Shown: positions 49,001 through 62,020, counted from the stretch's first letter. The stretch: DNA of 64,000 bases from Paraspadella gotoi (GCA_051294375.1 CM119267.1:6065992-6129991); one strand, 5' to 3'. Numbers and translations are program-made. The notes: generated from the sequence alone by a model not told the origin.

Positions 49001-49608
49001 GCGGAATTGCAATGGAATCTACCGCTTCCACTCGGCGTTGTTTTTCAATCATCGCTCGTCGCTGGAACCTTGAAGAGTTTCAGCGACCTTTCGAGAATTA
49101 ACGACCGATATTTGTTAGGTGGTTTTTGTTAGGTGGTTTTTTCATTGTTTTTTCTCATTGAAATTCATTTTCTAAAATATCGGCCCCAACGGTTTCAGGT
49201 GGACCCTTGACTCTTCGTGGCTTTCGACACAACGGCGTGGGTCCCTCGGAGGAGGGTTATGCGCTAGGTGGGGAATCCTACTGGGGCGCTAGCCTTCACA
49301 TCTACACCCCCTTGCCCTTTACGAGCTCTCGTTCGTCCCTGTACGACTACTTTAAGACGCATGCGTTCGTCAACGCCGGCGGCCTTTACTCGGGTGGCGG
49401 AGGCGGAACTGATCTTCATCGCAATCGTTTCCCCAAACGCGCCGCCGAGTTCGTATCGTCGGCGCGGTTGTCAACGGGCGTCGGTCTCGTCGCTCATCTC
49501 GGTCATGTCGCCCGGATGGAACTTAATTATGTGTGGCCCTTACGTTCGAGCCGAGGCGACGGCGTCGCGCCGGGTCTCCAGTTCGGCGTCGGCGTCGCTT
49601 TTTTTTAA
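46080..49608 (+). CDS. SAMM50: Sorting and assembly machinery component 50, multi-exon
   Basis: INVDGLARTKDD (POTRA), PNVFGRGEKL, GGPLTLRGF and RMELNY...QFGVGVAFF. Confidence 0.95.
46900..48640 (+). mobile_element. Helentron/DINE-like non-autonomous element(s) in a SAMM50 intron
   Basis: TTTTTATCTCGCCAG at the 5' end (again at ~47112) and the inverted CTGGCGAGAT at ~48606. A long (ATCA/ATT)n minisatellite spans ~47960-48545. Homologous to 51590-52580 and 27835-28065. Confidence 0.65.
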
Positions 49609-49835
49609 TCGCGGAATTCGATGTCGACGTAAAATCTGTTTTGTCTCATTATTTATGTACTTGCCGAGTCGAAGGCTCAATCCCGCCGATCGAGCTCATC
49701 GCACTTTTTTTTTCGTTACAGAGATCCTAGAAAATTTAGGAAAACGAAACTTTTTTTCTCTCAATGATCTCACAACTAGAAGCATCTGAAATTTAGGAAC
49801 TGACTCTCGAGATAAAACTAGAACGACAAGCAATA

Positions 49836-50408
49836 ATGTCCACTCCAGCTCGTCGTCGTCTCATGCGCGACTTCAAGAAGCTGCAAGAAGATCCGCCGAC
49901 GGGCGTTTCGGGCACGCCTTCCGAAGGAGACATCATGCGTTGGAACGCCGTCATATTCGGGCCGCACGAGACTCCTTTCGAAGACGGCACCTTTAAACTT
50001 TCTATGACATTCTCGGAAGAATATCCCAACAAGGCCCCCTCGGTCAAATTCGTCTCGAAGATGTTCCACCCCAACATTTACGCAGACGGCAGTATCTGTC
50101 TGGACATTCTACAAAATCGTTGGAGCCCCACCTACGACGTCGGGGCCGTGCTTACCTCCATCCAGTCTTTGCTGGACGAGCCGAACCCCAACTCTCCTGC
50201 TAACAGTCAGGCGGCTCAACTTTATCAGGAGAATAGGCGAGAGTACGAAAAACGCGTGCGGGCGACCGTGGAGCAGAGTTGGATAGACGCCAGTTCCTTC
50301 GAGGAAGATCTCATCGACGCCGCCAAGACCCTGTCGCTCGCCGACAGAGGCGGCGGGGCCGCAGTTGCCGCGGATCAGGCAACCGGCGGTGCCGCTGCTG
50401 AAATATGA
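49836..50408 (+). CDS. UBE2A: Ubiquitin-conjugating enzyme RAD6/UBE2A, intronless, with a C-terminal extension
   Basis: [41 protein letters not shown] and [14 protein letters not shown]. Confidence 0.97.
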   Translation: MSTPARRRLMRDFKKLQEDPPTGVSGTPSEGDIMRWNAVIFGPHETPFEDGTFKLSMTFSEEYPNKAPSVKFVSKMFHPNIYADGSICLDILQNRWSPTYDVGAVLTSIQSLLDEPNPNSPANSQAAQLYQENRREYEKRVRATVEQSWIDASSFEEDLIDAAKTLSLADRGGGAAVAADQATGGAAAEI

Positions 50409-51010
50409 TTTCGTTAGGTTTTTTAATTCTTTATGTATCTTCAATTCTTCCACTGTACTATGATTGCCTTAATCACTTGCGGAGTCACTTTAGGTATTTG
50501 TCCATGTCATCACCTTTCTATCTACCTTTGTCACCTAAATACTGTAGTTATTTATATTTCCGGTGGGTCTAGTCATCACAAACGGATATGAGCCTTGTAC
50601 TGACCTAAATTTATATCTTTGACAAAAGCTAATAGCAAGAATTCTTTGCTAGATACTGTTTCCTCCTCGTTGTTTCATCTGAAACAAAAATGAATGAGGC
50701 AATTTTATTTGTTAAACAAAATTTTTGTCTTGGAACCAGTTTTGTAAGCTATATGCTTGACGCATTCAAAGCAGCTAGTCAAAACTAAAAATTATCTAGT
50801 TATATGGCTCAGATTAATATACTAAATACAATGAGTCACGTAATTTTGCTGTTATTTCTGGAAACAACCAGTGCAATGGTTTCCTGATGCAATCTCACAA
50901 TTTAGTCGTTAAATTTGAGGCCGCCGAGTTTTAGCACAGATTTCGTCGGCATCTCTGCCGATGGTAAGATTTAATTTACAACTTACTTGATTTTTTCGTG
51001 AAGCAAAAAA

Positions 51011-53203
51011 ATGTTCATCACGAAAATTCGCCCTGTATTCGGGACTTTACGTGGCATAAGCCACCGCTTAAACTCCACGGCGCCGATCACCTCGGTCGAG
51101 GACGTCGGTCCGGTGCGAACGATTTTGCTAAATAACCCCAAGAAGAGAAACGCTCTGGGCCTTCAGATGTTGGAGGAGCTCTATCAGCATATCTCCGCAT
51201 CGTCCTCAATGGAATCAATTAAGGTTCTCGTCATCGGCCACGTCGGCCCAGTCTTTTCGTCTGGCCATGACCTCAAAGAACTTACGCCCGAGAGAGGGAG
51301 CGAATTTCACGCGAATATTTTTGACCTTTGCACCAACGTCATGAAACTTGTACAGGTATCGATCGTACTTCGTAGTACGTCCTAATACTTTATCTATTTA
51401 ATGTATTTATCTTTATCGTTTAGAATTGTTTGTGTCGTCGTCTTCGTCACGCTATTTTACAATTGGAAATTGTAAAAGTTTTTTTTTTTTTATCATGAAG
51501 GTCATGTTTCATATCAATACTCGGATTTGTTTGTTTTATTTATAAAACAATTTTTATATAAAAAATAGGAATTACAATTAAGTTTTAATTATATTTCTTT
51601 CTCTTTTAATTATATGTCGCTCTCTCTTTTTTTTTCCTTTGCTGCTTCTTCTGATTCGTCTAAAAACAAGTTCAGCTCTTCAGCGGCTGGACTTCTCTTT
51701 CTCTCTCTCTCTCTCACTCATAAACGAATTTGTTTGTTTCATTTATTATGAATGACTCATCACATCAATGAATGACTATCATCACATTAATAATTAATTA
51801 TCACCATATTAATGATTCGCATCAATAATTGGTTATCGCATTAATAATTGGTTATCGTCGTATCAAAAATCAATTACTATTACATCAATAATCAAATACT
51901 ATTATATCAATTACTATTACAATAATTTGTTATCGCATCAATCATTCGTTTTTTTTTCCTGATTTTTTCATGAATTTTTTTTTGATAGTACTATCTAGGA
52001 AAAAAGTATATCACATAATTTATTTCTTTAATAAAAAGTATTCAAAACATGGATAAAACATCTTTAATATTTGGTAAGCCATTCCTCGGCATTCATCTGG
52101 ACATGCTCTCATACAGCAAATTGAGGTATGACAGTGAAATATTTTTTCACATCTTTAACGCAATTCTTTTCAGCCACGATGTTGATGTTGCGTATCTTTC
52201 CCTCTTTTCTGAGAGCTATAATAGTACTTTTTTGAACCAAAAAGAGGTGCAAGGCCTTTAGCATTACCAAATTAAAAAGAAATTAAAAAAATAACTAACT
52301 TTATTCAAAATAAAAACAAATAACTAAATACAAAAAAATGGTGGAAAAATAAATATGATTTTTTACGACATTAAGTAACAAAATTGTTTTGCCTCTAACT
52401 TCTATACGATTTGACCTACAAAAAATGGAAGGAAGATACTAAAAGGAAATTCAATGTAGATTTGGAAACATTCTTTTTTTAAATCAAACAAGTTTTCGAG
52501 TAGATATCCTTTATTAAAAATGTGATATATTTTTTTTCCAAGATCGTCTGTCGAGATCACTATACTTTTAAGATTTTTTTTTTCTCAACGAAAATTATTT
52601 TATTTGCTATACATTCATTGACATACATATTGCGTAGGATGTTCCCATTCCAGTGATCGCTAAGGTGAATGGCTTAGCAACGGCGGCAGGATGTCAGCTC
52701 GTGGCGACTTGCGACATTGTCGTCGCGACGCAAACTTCAAAGTTCGCCACTCCGGGCGTCAACGTGGGTTTGTTTTGTTCAACTCCGGGTAAGTGCAACT
52801 GACAACTGAGGGCTATCCCACACGGGATTTATTTGTTTAACCCTTCTCGCCAGCCGTGGCCGTGGCTCGCGCCGTTCCACAAAAAATTGCGGCGGAGATG
52901 CTCTTTACCGGCGAGCCCATCGACGCAGACGCAGCCCTCCGACATGGGCTTTTGTCGCGAGTTGTCCCGGAAAAGGAGTTGGACGCCTCGGTGGACCAAC
53001 TGACAGCTAAAATTTGCTCCTATTCCCGGTCGGTCGCTGCTGTCGGGAAAGACTGCCTCTACCGGCAAATGAGGATGGAGAGGGACGCCGCCTACAAATT
53101 GGCGGGGAAGACCATGGTCGAAAACTTGCGGCTCTTGGACGGACAAGAGGGGATAACGGCGTTTGTCGAAAAAAGAAAACCCGTTTGGGTCAAATACAAT
53201 TGA
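51011..53203 (+). CDS. ECHDC3: Enoyl-CoA hydratase domain-containing protein 3 (mitochondrial), 3 exons
   Basis: [43 protein letters not shown] and [14 protein letters not shown]. Confidence 0.95.
51590..52580 (+). mobile_element. Copy of the SAMM50-intron repeat family with a nested TIR element (51995-52542)
   Basis: Shares gttcagctct.cag.ggctg, the minisatellite and the end gtctg.cgagatca.tatacttttaagatttttt. The nested TIRs are CTAGGAAAAAAGTATATCACA and TGTGATATATTTTTTTTCCAAG, flanked by AT. Confidence 0.7.
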
Positions 53204-53364
53204 AATTAAATCATTGGAACTTGGAATTGTTCCGATTATTGAATCGATTTTTCTTTTATTTATTTCGTATTATTTAACTGTGATATTTTTATCTTCAAAT
53301 TTAAAAAAAAAAATTGTGACATCTTTATAGATTAGGGCTAAGACATACGTATATATTATACACT

Positions 53365-55179
53365 ATGGAATCGGAAATATTGTCCGAATCCGACTCAGCA
53401 ATGGATGGCGCCAAATGTGTTTTGGACGATCTGTTGGAAAAACTGGAGCCCCCGCCGATTATTCCGCTGATTCCACGAAAAAGTCATTCAAATTCACACC
53501 TTGGCGACAACGACGCAAAAAAAGAAGAACAATGCAACGGATATCCTGAACCAGAGGCACTAGCCCCGAACATTCCTCCAACGGATATACTGAGCCTTCT
53601 GGATGAAAAGCTCCATCACAACAACGATACAACCGACAAATCTGACCGAAAATCCATTTGTTTTTCTGAAGAATCTCAGCCGGGTCACAAAGCGAAAAGA
53701 TCTCGCGAAAACGGAATTTCTGAGGCTTCCGAGGCCGACGAAGGCTCATTGTTGTCCCCTCAAATTCAATCCCGTCCCAGTTTGTCGGCAACCATTTCTC
53801 AACTCGCCGCCCGAGTCTCTTTCATCGACACACAGGAAAACGAAGACGACGACGAGGACGATGATGACGGAGACGCCGTCGATGCGGACAGGACTTTCGA
53901 TAAAGTTATTCAGAAAGAGAGCGCAGAAGATAGCGTTGAGAAAAATAGGAATATAGACAGCAACTTCGAGAACGACAAGGACGACAAGAACAGTGAGCAT
54001 GAAGCGGACAAAAGCGCCCTCGATGACATTCAAAAAGGTGCCGACATGGCCGAAAGCGTTGACGATTACGTGGAGACTAACATTAGCGCTGACAGTGAAA
54101 TGAAATTAGAAGAGAGCAGCAAAGTCTCCGAGAGGGACATTGACGCCGATACACCGCCAAGAACAATGACGAAAGACCAATTGAACGACGCATTAAAAAA
54201 AAGGTTTTACGACTTTGTCAGCACTCTTTTCGAAAAAGCCGAGAGCATGGAAACTCGGTTTTCTCATCTTGAAAAGATGACCGAGGCGCTCCGGCGACGC
54301 CATCGGGAGCAGGACAAAACGTTGATGAAGATTGAACGCACGACGAAATCTAACGATCGTCGTGGAGGCTGCCGGCACGTGGCGTGCCAGACGAACCTTG
54401 GCGGAGGATCGTTGATCGCCGCTCAAAAGATGTCGCGCGGTCCCAGTCGACAGCCGGCGCCGGCCGGTTCCGCGGGAAGACATCCTGGTAACTCGGCAAA
54501 GCGGAATCAGGAGGTCGTGGATTTGACGGACGAAGACTCCGGTCCCGCCCTGAAGCGCCCCGCCACCGCCCATACACAGGCTTTTTCCCAGTCCGGTCAA
54601 GTCCCAGTGTCGAGCAACGCCGCCTTGCAACGCCTGGTAGACTCGGGCGCCGCGAAATTCGTCGGAGGCGCCCCAACAAAACCCTCTTCTCCGGCGAACG
54701 TCCCTCTGCGGTCGGTCACGAATCAACAGGTGGGACTAGCTTACCTTCAACAGTCGCCAGCCCAGCCGCCGCCCGGCATGCCGTTGCTCCTGGCTAAGCA
54801 TCCCGCACCCCTCCCGTCACAACCCGTGTTGATGGTGTTGGGCGCAAAGCCGACTCCTCCCAAGCCATGGCTGAAAATCGAGCTGGTACCGATGCAGCAC
54901 AACCGCGGAGTAATGCTTTCGTGGGACATTAACTCCGACTTGAGCGTTTTCTCCAAGATCGTCAAGTATCAGTTGTTCGCCTACCAAGAGACGGTTGCCA
55001 CTCCCTCACCGAGCCTGTGGAAGAAAGTGGGGGACGACGTGGCCGCCATGCCTTTGCCCATGGCATGCACTCTTTCTCATTTCTTGTCGGGGAATCGATA
55101 TCACTTCGCCGTTAGAGCCATGGACGAACATTCTCGCGTCGGCCCTTTTAGCGACCCGCAGTCAATTTTTTTAGATTAA
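53365..55179 (+). CDS. ATF7IP: ATF7-interacting protein (MCAF1/Windei; SETDB1 cofactor), intronless
   Basis: Acidic N-terminus, coiled coil, SIM-like VVDLTDED and a C-terminal FnIII domain (GVMLSW...YQLFAYQE...WKKVG..AMPLPMACTLSHF...YHFAVRA.D). Confidence 0.9.
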   Translation: MESEILSESDSAMDGAKCVLDDLLEKLEPPPIIPLIPRKSHSNSHLGDNDAKKEEQCNGYPEPEALAPNIPPTDILSLLDEKLHHNNDTTDKSDRKSICFSEESQPGHKAKRSRENGISEASEADEGSLLSPQIQSRPSLSATISQLAARVSFIDTQENEDDDEDDDDGDAVDADRTFDKVIQKESAEDSVEKNRNIDSNFENDKDDKNSEHEADKSALDDIQKGADMAESVDDYVETNISADSEMKLEESSKVSERDIDADTPPRTMTKDQLNDALKKRFYDFVSTLFEKAESMETRFSHLEKMTEALRRRHREQDKTLMKIERTTKSNDRRGGCRHVACQTNLGGGSLIAAQKMSRGPSRQPAPAGSAGRHPGNSAKRNQEVVDLTDEDSGPALKRPATAHTQAFSQSGQVPVSSNAALQRLVDSGAAKFVGGAPTKPSSPANVPLRSVTNQQVGLAYLQQSPAQPPPGMPLLLAKHPAPLPSQPVLMVLGAKPTPPKPWLKIELVPMQHNRGVMLSWDINSDLSVFSKIVKYQLFAYQETVATPSPSLWKKVGDDVAAMPLPMACTLSHFLSGNRYHFAVRAMDEHSRVGPFSDPQSIFLD

Positions 55180-55689
55180 TGATGATTAAAATTCGTGTTC
55201 ATAACTTACGTTTAACCTTATTAGTTTCTTTGCCTGTACGGTTTCTTTCTCGACGATTTAAAATATTATTTATCAACTTTTTTTTTTTTTTTTGATCGAA
55301 TGTGAAATTGTTTTATCAAATTTTTTTCGTAACAAATAATCTCACCTTCGTCCTGAACTAAAACGCACATTGATTCGAAAATGTTTTAAATTATTTTTTC
55401 TTACTTCATCGGTTTCTTTATTATCGAAATACAAGCATCTTTATTTTTTTTCATTATGGATTATAGTTTTTCGTACTTGAATAGCGAAATATATTAAAGA
55501 TGTTCGTTTTTGTAGATAAAAGAGTTCGAAACCGGCTAAATTAGATGAAAATGTATGAAAATACAAGTTATGTTATCAAAATACCAGTACAGTTTACAGT
55601 CAATTTCTGCATATTTCAAAAAAAAAATTGTTTTCTCCCCCCAAGTTTGATTTAGATTTGGCAAAAACTCAAAAAAACCTTTGAAGAAA

Positions 55690-56055
55690 ATGGCTTATAA
55701 AGGCGGGAAGGTTCAAAAGGTGATGGTGCAACCGATCAACTTGATCTTCCGATACCTCCAAAACCGTTCGCGAGTTTCCGTCTGGCTATTCGAAAACGTC
55801 AACACGCGAATCGAGGGCCACATTATCGGATTCGACGAATACATGAATCTCGTGATGGACGGAGCCGAAGAGGTAGACAATTTGCCCTCCGAAATCGCGT
55901 CGCCAAATTGAAACTAGATTTTTTTTCTCATTTTTCAGGTCCACATGAAAAAAGGAACGAGAAAGACGGTGGGAAGGATCATGCTCAAAGGTGACAACAT
56001 CACGCTGCTGCAGCAGATCGACGGCGGACAAGAAGGCGCAGCTGCTCCTGAATAA
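55690..56055 (+). CDS. SNRPE: Small nuclear ribonucleoprotein E, intron 55873-55938
   Basis: [18 protein letters not shown]...[10 protein letters not shown] and [13 protein letters not shown]. Confidence 0.97.
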
Positions 56056-56225
56056 TCCTTATTATTAATCATACTATTATTGTCGTTACTCTTGTTTACG
56101 GCAGCTTTCCATTTCGAATTGTTTCCTTTCATTCGAGTTATTCAATATTCATTCAGTTATATTACTTTATCATCCAAGAAACGTTTACTTTTTTAAAATG
56201 TCCTAGACCCTTTAGCGTCGCTGAA

Positions 56226-57605
56226 ATGTCCATAAACGTCCTGCCGGTGGAAATACTGTTAAAGATCTTTAAATTTTTAAAGCCCTCGGATCTCAATCGC
56301 ATGGCCTTAACTTCAAAATGGTTTCGAGACGCGGTGGAAGTCGATTCTCTGTGGGAAACGAAAATTCGTGAAGCTTATAATCTAAATCCCACCGATTATA
56401 AAATTCCGGAGACGTTTCCTGTTGTGACGGCCAAATCTTTTTATCGATACGTGTTAGCCAAATACGGCAATTGTCTCGGATTCTGGCGCCGGAAACACTT
56501 TAGAGGATGCCTCCTCATCATTTACGTTCGAGGGGGAGAAATGGTAGGGTACAAAGTTAACCCTCCTAAAAGATTTCACGACGGCGTCGACAAGACGCTC
56601 TGCTTCAAAATTAAAATGAAAGGAGTAGATGCCATCGAAATTGAATATTACTTCAATGGAAATTTATGTCGAGGAACCGATATCGATATCAGATACAGTA
56701 ATGGGGACGAGGAATCGTTATTAATCATGACTTCCGATCTTAAACATACTCATAACAGGTAACGTGAAGGAGTATGTAAATTGTACTTTTGCATTGTACA
56801 GTGATGGTCATGATATAAGTTTTATTAGGTTACCCTAACATATGGAAAATTAGCATTGAAATTCATGCTCAAGATAAGCTCAAGATAAACTCGAGATAAA
56901 ATTTTAAATGTAACAGCATGTTTACCTTCGGTTACTGTGACCGTCCCTGGCCGATCGATTACGCCAAAACTGCCGGTCACTTTTTCGTTCAGCAAACGCG
57001 GAACCTGTGATAAGACGGAAGCGTTCGTCCCAATCGGAGATTGGTCCTCTCCATCACGTATGCCAGCTAGGAAAGTTTGTTCTTTGAAACCCGGAATGTA
57101 CAAAGGGAGTTACAGAAGCGAAGGGATCGAAATCGTCGAAGTATTCGTCAAATCGGATTCGCTGCTCTTGGGCAAAAAAATCACGGGCGATCAATACGTC
57201 CCTGCTGGAGAAATTAGCTTCCGAAGTCGATTGGACGCGCCGCTTCATCCTCGGGTCGACCAGATGCAGCGAATGAACTCGTTAAGATTAGTCTCGATCT
57301 GTCAGAATTTTGACTGCCGTTGTCCAAATCCGTTTCCTCTTCAGCCTTTTCGGGTGCCTTTGGATTGTTCTGTGGACGTGCCCGGGTTCCCTCATCCCTC
57401 TGAGGCCAAGGGATGGTTTTCAGCTGAGTACAGAGTTGCATACCCTCGATTTACCAATCCCGAATGGGTGCAAGCTCATATGGTAATTTTCAGCGAAAAT
57501 GAGTTTGCTATGTTTTGTTTCCAGCTAAACGACAGAGTTGTGTTCAACAGTCTTGCGTTTTATACCAAGTTGAAGGATTTTGATAAAATGCCATTTGATA
57601 AGTAG
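56226..57605 (+). CDS. FBXO31: F-box protein, FBXO31-like, 2 exons
   Basis: N-terminal F-box plus C-terminal KPGMYKGSYRSEGIEIV...GKKITGDQYVPAGEISF, typical of the cyclin D1-binding domain. Confidence 0.8.
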
Positions 57606-57934
57606 ACTTTAATGTTGCCTTTATAACTGTCATGTATTTTTTTGCCACGCTTCTGACGTTTTTCCGTTAATATCATTAAATTTGTAACACCTGTTTTGCT
57701 TTGATTTCCATTTTGATTTTTTTAGATTTTAATATTTTTAGATATTCTGACAGCATTTGTTGCTGGGTAAAAAATTATTAACATTTTTTTTCTTCACCGT
57801 TTTAATTTTATTATTGCACTTTCATTGACTTTTAGACTAAGTCACTTACCCACTGATCTCAACTAACGCCCAATGTATGCTTTCAATCAAATGTCTACGT
57901 TCCTCCATTAACGTTATTCTCGAAACGGAACGCG

Positions 57935-60900
57935 ATGGCAAAATCTTCTCCCCTGCCTTTTTTTGTTGACGAATATTGCCCAAACGGGACGTCGCCTTCT
58001 ATCGCCTGGGCGGACGACGGTTTAACCCATTGCTTTATTGACACCGTCTCTTCCTGTCTTCTTTTCGGCCTCTTGCTGATTTTTGGGTCTCTCGAAATAT
58101 GGGTTTATTGGAAATATTCTACGCAAATTCGGCGCGATCAGCGACCGAAATCGGCCTTCTTCCTCTTCCAGATCGTGTTCACAGCTGCGCTGACTCTCCA
58201 CTATATCGTTTACTTATTCTTGAGACTATTCTTCCTTCGCGACCGCGAAATCTTCGGATACATGATCGTCGCGGCCACGTTCACCATATTGACGTACCCG
58301 CTCTCTCTAGTGGTGATTCTGCTGGAGCGTCGGCGCCAGTTGCCGTCCATACCAACGCGCGGTCACGGATTTGTGTTGCTGATCTTTTGGACGCTGGCCT
58401 TCGCCAACGAGAACCTCGCCTTCGTTTCCATCTATGGATCGACATGGTTCTGGCGTCTGTCGTCAACCTCAGACAGCGTCGAATTTGCTCTTTTCGTCGT
58501 GCGTTACGCGGCGACGCTCTATCTATTCGTCGCCGGCTTTTTTGCTCCGGGAATTCCCAAGTCTTCGTCGCTGACACGAAGATCCTCCTACCACAACATG
58601 CGGAACCATGGGGATTTGGGTGAGTCCAGCTCAGGATCCACCTGGCGAAACCTGGGGAGGAAGCTCAAGCTCATGTTCATATACATCTGGCCAAAACGAT
58701 CCCTGCCGCTGCAGTTGGTGGCCCTATTTTGCTTCACTCTCCTCATCGCCGGTAGAGGAATCAACGTAATGGTTCCCATTTACAACAAGTACATCGTCGA
58801 CGATTTGTCGACGGCCATAGGGCGAGACGACAAAGGCAAACCCATCTTTCGATTCTGTTGGGACTACATTCTAGTCTACGTTGGGTTAAAGTTTCTGCAG
58901 GGCGGCGGCGCTGGCGCCTCGGGCCTGCTGAACAACCTTCGCTCATTTTTGTGGATTCGAGTGCAGCAGTACACGACTCGTGAGATATCCGTCTATTTCT
59001 TCGGACATTTGCATAGTTTGTCGTTGGGTTGGCATCTTTCTCGCAAGACCGGAGAAGTTTTGCGGATCATGGATCGAGGAACAAATTCGATGAACAACCT
59101 CTTGAGTTATATATTTTTCAACATCGCGCCCACCATCGTCGACATAGTCATCGCCATCGTTTATTTATCTTCGGCTTTTAATCTATGGTTCGGGCTCATT
59201 TGTTTTCTCACGATGGCTCTTTATCTCTTGGCCACTGTTTTAGTCACCGAATGGAGGACGAAATATAGGTATGTGATTAGTTGATTACTCGGGTTTTTAT
59301 TATACACTTAGAAATTTCTTTAACTATCTTTCTCCTCTTTCCAAAAGACGCGCGATGAACAAAGACGATAACGATCGGAACGCCAAAGGTGTCGACTCTC
59401 TCCTTAACTTCGAGACTGTCAAGTACTATGGCGCCGAAGACTACGAGGTCGGTCGATACCGCGACGCCGTCCTCAAGTACCAAGTCTCTGAATGGCTTTC
59501 CAATGCCTCCCTGGCGGTACTCAACGTCGTCCAAGGCTTCGACATCAACGCCGGCCTCTTGGCGGGCTCTCTCCTTTGCGCATACATGGTGGCCAACGAT
59601 ATCCAGGGTCTGACTGTCGGCGACTACGTCCTCTTCGCCTCTTACATCGTCCAACTATACGCTCCGTTGAACTGGTTCGGTACATACTATCGCATGATCC
59701 AGCAGTCTTTTGTCGACATGGAGAACATGTTCGAGTTGTTGGCTCAGCAGCAGACCGTCAAAGACATACCAATGGCGCCTGAATTGCGCCTCGACAACGG
59801 CGCCATCGAGTTCCGCAACGTGCACTTCCGATACGTTGCAGACAAGGAGATCCTCAAGGGGGTTAGTTTCACCGTGCCCAAGGGAACGTCTCTTGCGTTA
59901 GTGGGTCCATCGGGCAGTGGAAAGTCGACGATCATCCGCCTCCTCTTCCGCTTTTATGACGTGGACGATGGAGCCATTTTCATTGACGGACAGGACGTGT
60001 CAAAAGTAACGCAAAAGTCGCTGCGGCAGTCAATCGGCGTTGTGCCTCAAGATACGGTTCTGTTTAACAACGACATCCGTTACAACATTCGTTACGGCAG
60101 AGTAAATGCCTCGGACTACGAGGTTAGTTTCTTTTATTATTTGCAATGATGCTGTTGTCGTAAATGTAGACCGACTAATCCCCCACTCTTTCAGGTAGAG
60201 CAGGCGGCCATCGCGGCGGACATTCATGACAAAATCCTTTCTTTTCCCGACGGCTACGAGACGGTGGTTGGAGAACGGGGGCTGAAACTTAGTGGCGGAG
60301 AAAAGCAGAGAGTAGCCATCGCCAGAACCATTTTAAAGGTACGTTATATGGGCATAATTTTACTTTCGCCGACTGGGGTAAGGGAATTTAGGGTTAAGTG
60401 TTGGAGGGAAGTGGGTGAAATCGACTCGTAAGGATGTCCCACAGAAACTTTGGAGTGAAAATAATACATGGAATATGAGGGTATTGGGGGAGCACCGTGC
60501 TATTTGCAGAGGCGGACTTGCAAATAAACCGGTGGAGTCGTGCCACACGAAGAGATGGTTGATCAGGCCAATCTCCTCCGACTTCTTAAGCAGGGATATC
60601 TGTTGAGCCTGTAGTCAAGTCATCCAAATAATACCACGCGACAAAGTGTTACTGGCAATCGCAGAGGCCTGCCGTCTCTACAACGTCGAAGCGTTGGACT
60701 GCGCAAGGACACTCCAAAAGAGCCAACCAAGTCTCAAGCGCCAGCAGTATCTGGCTCTAGGACAAAGCTCGGTCGAAATCCACAGAGAAAATGATATTGA
60801 AATGAAAAGAACCAAATAACTTCACAGTCTAGCTGAACACAAGGCTATCAAAACAGCAGGACTGCTGATGGATGAACAGTCTCCAATCCACAGTGCCTCA

Positions 60901-62020
60901 GAGTTGACCCGAAAGACTTATGGGTAACAAAGCACGCTTCCGAGAATGTAAGCGTGTGAACTGTCGACAGTGGGTGCTCCACAAAAGTGGATAGGACGGT
61001 GCACCACTGTTGGAGGCGGATTTTATGGGGATTCGCCAGCGGGCGAAGGCGGCTCGCGTCAGGTGGTATTGGGATCGCATCGGGGTCTCCCACATCGTCC
61101 TCCAAACTGAGTCTGAGCGGGCGGCGCAGTCGACAGAAGCAATAGTCTTATCGTATGGATCTATGAGATATGAGAAGCACACAATATGACAGGGAGACGC
61201 TGACCAAGAACTGTGTATTCTGACACTTATCATTTATACATATAAAGCACGATAATCATTTATCTGAAATGTAAACAATAACAAATAAGGTAAATAAAAG
61301 CAATCATTATTTATATTTTTATTGAAGAACAGTTCCTTAATTGTTCGTAGCAAATTGTTCTTCATCTCGAGTCCTTCGATGTCCGCACGAATTTGTCTCC
61401 AACATAAGGGTGGTTTAGGAGTGGTTTAAGGTGATTAGGGCTCGGTTGTTTAAGGTTAAGGTAATCAGGTAATACATTTTTTTTTGAATTATTTCTTTTT
61501 TTAAGTAGTTTTTTTAAAAAAGCCAAATAAGGCAATAAAACGAATATTTTTTAAGCCATTTTTACTTGTAAACAGATTTAGTGTAACTGAAGTATTTTCT
61601 CAGGCCCCCAGCATCATCCTTCTCGACGAAGCGACGTCGGCCCTCGACACGCAGACTGAGCGGAACATCCAAGCGGCGCTGGACGTGATTTGTAAGAACC
61701 GGACGACGGTGATGGTCGCTCATCGTCTTTCTACTATCGTCAACGCCGATCAGATCCTCGTGCTTAAAGAGGGCGAGGTCGTTGAGAGAGGTCGCCACGA
61801 GGAGCTCCTCGCTGCCGATGGACTTTACGCCGGAATGTGGAACCAACAACTGGAGGCAGATTCCGATGACGCGCGCGAAGGGGCGGATGACGAGAATGGA
61901 GACGACTACGACGGCGGAGAAGACGGTACCCCCGCCGTGGCCGAACTCGCTCCGACGGAAGTCGCCGTCCGAATCGAGGGGAAGAAGTCAGGCCAGGAAA
62001 AGGGCGATGAGAACGTTTAG
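57935..62020 (+). CDS. ABCB6: ABC half-transporter ABCB6/HMT-1, 4 exons
   Basis: TMD0 (YCPN...CFID), [47 protein letters not shown] and [10 protein letters not shown]. Confidence 0.96.

Noticed and set aside
55640-55650. CCCAAGTTTGA upstream of SNRPE matches part of nematode SL1
   Set aside because: It is only 11 nt, has no following GT donor or Sm site, and is part of a pyrimidine tract/acceptor. Probably chance.
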